Positions 16,952 through 20,000 of a DNA stretch of 20,000 bases are shown one piece after another; position 1 is the stretch's first letter; each line of letters starts with the position of its first letter. The position numbers were made by a program, and so were the translations under genes. The notes below the pieces were generated by a model. It made no database searches and was not told the origin of the DNA. It saw only the letters and a program-made list of their open reading frames with translations. The stretch comes from an uncultured virus (IMG/VR IMGVR_UViG_3300020201_000017) (lineage: Duplodnaviria > Heunggongvirae > Uroviricota > Caudoviricetes): the IMG/VR virus record IMGVR_UViG_3300020201_000017. One strand, given 5' to 3'.

Positions 16952-17712
16952 AGCAAAATATAAAGTCTGTAGAGGTAAGAACGGATGTCAACTTTTTTTA
17001 TCTTTAGATAATTTTTATTTTGATCTTAGATTAGAAATTTACAGATCTAGATGTAATGCCTGTCAAAAAATATATAATCAAAAATGGAATCAGAAAAATA
17101 ATTTAAGGTCAAAAGAAAATAAAAAAATACATTATTTAAAAAATAGAGAAATTGTTTTAATTAGGTTAAAAGAAAATTATAATACTGAAAAACAAAAAGA
17201 AAAAAATAAATTATATTATAAAAAAAATAAAGAAAAACTAATAAAAAACTCTATTGATTATGAAAGAAATAGAAATAAAATAGATGAAATTTATAAATTT
17301 AAATCAATTATGGCTTCATCTATAAAGAGTGTGTTTAAATAGTAAAAAACTAAATGTCAGTAAAAAAACAAGTGAATTCTTTACAGATACAGTTGCCAAT
17401 TATCGCAAGCATATAGAGTGTCAATTTGAAAGCTGGATGTGTTGGGAAAATAGAGGTAATTTTAAAAAAAATAAGCTGACTTGGCAGCTAGACCATATTA
17501 TTCCAGTTGCTGCATTTAAAATGGATAAAAATAATTATAAAGATATTTTAAAAATTATTTGGATGAAACAAAATTTGCAACCGTTAGCCGCCAAAGATAA
17601 TATGCTAAAAAAAACAAAAGCTACTGAAGAGGCAATATGTTTTCTTAAAACTTACCCTGAAATAAAACAACATTTAATTCAGGAATATTTAAATAAAATT
17701 CATAAACTATGA
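16944..17712 (+). pseudogene. HNH (homing-type) endonuclease split by a +1 frameshift near 17330
   Basis: ORF 16944-17342 has the Cys-pair N-terminus (CRGKNGC...NFY...RCNAC) and basic helical linker; ORF 17329-17712 has HIECQFESWMCWENRG, WQLDHIIP and NLQPL...N. Removing one base from ATA AAG AGT G TGT TTA joins them into a ~255-aa protein. Confidence 0.75.
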
Positions 17713-17721
17713 AGGAATACT

Positions 17722-17925
17722 GTGAATACTGATTGGGAAAACTACAACTATATTTCTGTCGCCTGTAAGAATTTTGAAAATAAATTCAAATCACAGTTAA
17801 GTTTAATGTTAACAAACAATTCCGAAGATGAAATTATAGAAAGATTATGTTCAGAACTGGAATTAATAAAAATTAACATTAAAAATGAATTAAATGATAG
17901 GATAATTAAAAATATCATAAAATAA
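17722..17925 (+). CDS. Hypothetical protein ending IIKNIIK
   Basis: 67-aa ORF, GTG start after AAGGA. Confidence 0.65.
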   Translation: MNTDWENYNYISVACKNFENKFKSQLSLMLTNNSEDEIIERLCSELELIKINIKNELNDRIIKNIIK

Positions 17926-17954
17926 TGATATATATGATGGATAAAGGAGATAAT

Positions 17955-18650
17955 ATGATAAAATGTCAAAATTGCGGCGTAGAGATTCCGCCAACTTGGA
18001 GTAAGGTACTTGCTAGCAACGAATGTCCTTCTTGTGGTGAACCAATACTTAATGAAAGCACCGTAAACCTGATTGAAGAGCTGACCGAAGCTCTTACAAT
18101 TATGCCAAATGATCCGCGAGGCCTTGCTGGTTGGTTAATTTCAAACTATCGAATGCAAAAAGTCGGTAGTGCTGAGCCCGTTGTAAAGTTCAACAACGGT
18201 AAGGATAAAGCCGTTATTGTTTCTGGCCATGTTAATCCTAATAGTCCTATGGCACAAAGGGGCGAGTCGCCGATGGACAAATTTTTTAAAAATGCCGGCG
18301 TAAATATTAATGCGTCAAATAATGATAAATTTAAAGAGATAGTTTCTGAGTTAAGAGATCCGGAAGAGGAAGCTGAACGCAGGCTGGCTATTGAGTTGGC
18401 AGAAAACCCTGATTCGATTGAAGAAGATTTAAGAGACCCGGATTTTACGAGAGCTGCTCTGGCAGCAATGGAAGCTGCTGACCCTAAAACTCTAAAAGCT
18501 AAAATGAGTCAATTGAAATCTCAAGGTGAAGATGTTGATTTTACTTCTGACGGACCTTTGCCACAAAGTTTACAAACGGATAGAATTAAACGTCTTCAAA
18601 AACAAAGAGAATTAAATGACGGTGGCACTGGTATAATTAAGAGATCATAA
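17955..18650 (+). CDS. Hypothetical protein with N-terminal zinc ribbon
   Basis: CQNC...CPSC pairs; ATG 17955 follows AAAGGAG and is preferred to 17925. Confidence 0.8.
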   Translation: MIKCQNCGVEIPPTWSKVLASNECPSCGEPILNESTVNLIEELTEALTIMPNDPRGLAGWLISNYRMQKVGSAEPVVKFNNGKDKAVIVSGHVNPNSPMAQRGESPMDKFFKNAGVNINASNNDKFKEIVSELRDPEEEAERRLAIELAENPDSIEEDLRDPDFTRAALAAMEAADPKTLKAKMSQLKSQGEDVDFTSDGPLPQSLQTDRIKRLQKQRELNDGGTGIIKRS

Positions 18651-18976
18651 TGTTAAGAATTATAGATAATAAAAGGGTGGAAATTACTGAAAGTGAATTT
18701 CAGCTTTATGATGAGATTTGCAAATCTTTTTCTAAAGATAATTTTGATGGTAAATTTCTTTTTAAAAATCTTTTTGAAACTGATGGCGAAGGTATAATTA
18801 CTTTTCTTCGAGCACCAACCACAACTTTCTCTATGGAGATTGTTATATTTTTGCAAAATTTAATGGTCCGGCAACATTTAACAAGAATATATAAAGAGCA
18901 TGATTTAGCTCTAGATGAGCTTAAAAAAACCAATTTAGAGGTAAAAGATTTGATCGAAAAATTATCGAGTACGTAA
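18650..18976 (+). CDS. Hypothetical protein
   Basis: 108-aa ORF, TAATG overlap with the upstream gene. Confidence 0.8.
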   Translation: MLRIIDNKRVEITESEFQLYDEICKSFSKDNFDGKFLFKNLFETDGEGIITFLRAPTTTFSMEIVIFLQNLMVRQHLTRIYKEHDLALDELKKTNLEVKDLIEKLSST

Positions 18977-19013
18977 AATTCAAAGCAAGATACATACAAA
19001 GGAGAAAGATCGT

Positions 19014-19493
19014 ATGTCAGAAAATTGGGGAGCTGTTAAATACGGCCAAGAAGAAGAAACCGAAGATCAAGAAACTCAGTCTGATAAAGTTGAGGTTATG
19101 ATTGAAAAAATCATGATTGAATTTCGAAAGGCTCATTCTCGAAAATACGAACCTGAGGATGCTGAAAAGACAGCAGCCTTGTGTTTAGAGGCTCAAAAAG
19201 AATTAACAGAATTCTTAAGTGATGCTGAATTAATTTCTAAAGAAAAAAAATTAGAAGTTGAGCGTATAGAGGCTGAAAAAATATTTTATTATAAATCATT
19301 AAAAAATGGCGGTGAAAAAGTTACAGACACTATCCTCAAAGCTTATGTTGCTAAAGATGATGATGTTTGTAATGCTAAAAAAGGTCAGTATAAGGCCGAA
19401 GCCGATTTTAATAAGTGGAAAAATTTATTAAATGTTTTGAAAGATGGCCATTTGTTTTTCCGAGGTGTAAGTAAAGGAAAAAATGAGTGGTAA
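19014..19493 (+). CDS. Helical protein, possibly UvsY-like recombination mediator
   Basis: AAAGGAG SD; pattern YYKS...KVTDTILKAYVAKDDDV...LLNVLKD resembles the UvsY helix-turn-helix region. Family assignment tentative. Confidence 0.45.
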   Translation: MSENWGAVKYGQEEETEDQETQSDKVEVMIEKIMIEFRKAHSRKYEPEDAEKTAALCLEAQKELTEFLSDAELISKEKKLEVERIEAEKIFYYKSLKNGGEKVTDTILKAYVAKDDDVCNAKKGQYKAEADFNKWKNLLNVLKDGHLFFRGVSKGKNEW

Positions 19494-19791
19494 TATAGTT
19501 CATTCTTTAACTGGTCAAGATTATATTAGTGAAGATTATAATAAAGAAGACATATTAAAAATTATAAATTCTATAGAGTTAGAGAATGATGGTGATGATA
19601 TCAAATATTATTTAATAACCAATAATTTTAAAGAAATCAGAACTGGTTATTATTGGTTATTAGTTCATTGGGAAGTTATTTTTAAAAATAGATTAACGAA
19701 TCTTGGCAAAGAAATAGTTGAAAAGATATCTGAAAATGAAAGCTTGGAATATCTGCATAGTAAATTTATAATTAGAAACATTATAAAGTGA
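19483..19791 (+). CDS. Hypothetical protein ending IIRNIIK
   Basis: 102-aa ORF, AAAGGA SD, overlaps the upstream stop. Confidence 0.7.
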   Translation: MSGNIVHSLTGQDYISEDYNKEDILKIINSIELENDGDDIKYYLITNNFKEIRTGYYWLLVHWEVIFKNRLTNLGKEIVEKISENESLEYLHSKFIIRNIIK

Positions 19792-20000
19792 AATCTATAA
19801 TTGCTCACAGCTCTGTATTTATTATTAATAACAATAGAATTAAAATTTGTTGTGTTTTTAAAGATAAAGTCTTCTCTAATTTTATTTCTATATATCGACA
19901 TATAAAGGGTGACTCTTATAACAAGATAGGCATTTATAATATTCAAAAAGATAAAATGGATTATAAATCATGCTCAAAAAATGAAAATACTAAAATTTTA
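19788..20000 (+). CDS. Hypothetical protein, runs off the window end
   Basis: GTGA overlap with the previous stop; 71 open codons MKSIIAHSSVFIINNNRIKICCVFKDK... Confidence 0.55.
   Translation, partial: MKSIIAHSSVFIINNNRIKICCVFKDKVFSNFISIYRHIKGDSYNKIGIYNIQKDKMDYKSCSKNENTKIL

Noticed and set aside
17927..18996. GATA[T/C]ATA motif ahead of the SDs of genes at 17955 and 19014
   Set aside because: Only two intergenic instances of a short AT-rich word; similar words occur inside coding regions.
2631..19946. All minus-strand ORFs in the track (2631, 3284, 5958, 7840, 8799, 12536, 12547, 15101, 16345, 17748, 18653, 18706, 19665)
   Set aside because: They lie antisense to well-supported + strand genes and have the Phe/Ile/Ser-rich composition of shadow ORFs with no recognisable motifs.
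1..20000. Stop-codon reassignment (TAG almost never ends a gene here)
   Set aside because: Long genes are uninterrupted in the standard code, TGA and TAA both terminate genes, and the single TAG at 17340-17342 is followed at once by TAA, so readthrough would not repair the HNH gene. TAG rarity is normal in AT-rich phages.
1..20000. Rho-independent terminators
   Set aside because: No GC-rich hairpin followed by a U-tract found in the few intergenic gaps.

Overview
AT-rich (below ~30% GC by eye), gene-dense window with every credible gene on the + strand and many overlapping or abutting start/stop codons. It reads as part of a large (jumbo/huge) dsDNA phage genome rather than a bacterial chromosome: host-like housekeeping genes lack their usual operon partners (groES without groEL, tig without clpP/clpX, def without fmt) and sit among many short hypothetical genes and phage-type DNA-metabolism genes. 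Replication/recombination genes: stand-alone primase-type CHC2 zinc finger, Mre11/SbcD, Rad50/SbcC, dNMP kinase, RecB/AddB-like Fe-S nuclease, DnaE-type Pol III alpha, UvsY-like protein. Protein-maturation genes: peptide deformylase fused to a SEC-C metal-binding motif (missed by the ORF track), cysteine-less thioredoxin, trigger factor, GroES. Also a frameshift-split HNH endonuclease and a probable virion protein. Most notable: a candidate phage-encoded ribosome-exit-tunnel/nascent-chain processing kit, several apparently catalytically altered enzymes, a 148-bp overlap with a -1 slippery site, and a shared C-terminal II[K/R]NIIK tail on two unrelated small proteins. No RNA genes or CRISPR arrays seen. 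All calls come from motif recognition by eye; no database searches were run.
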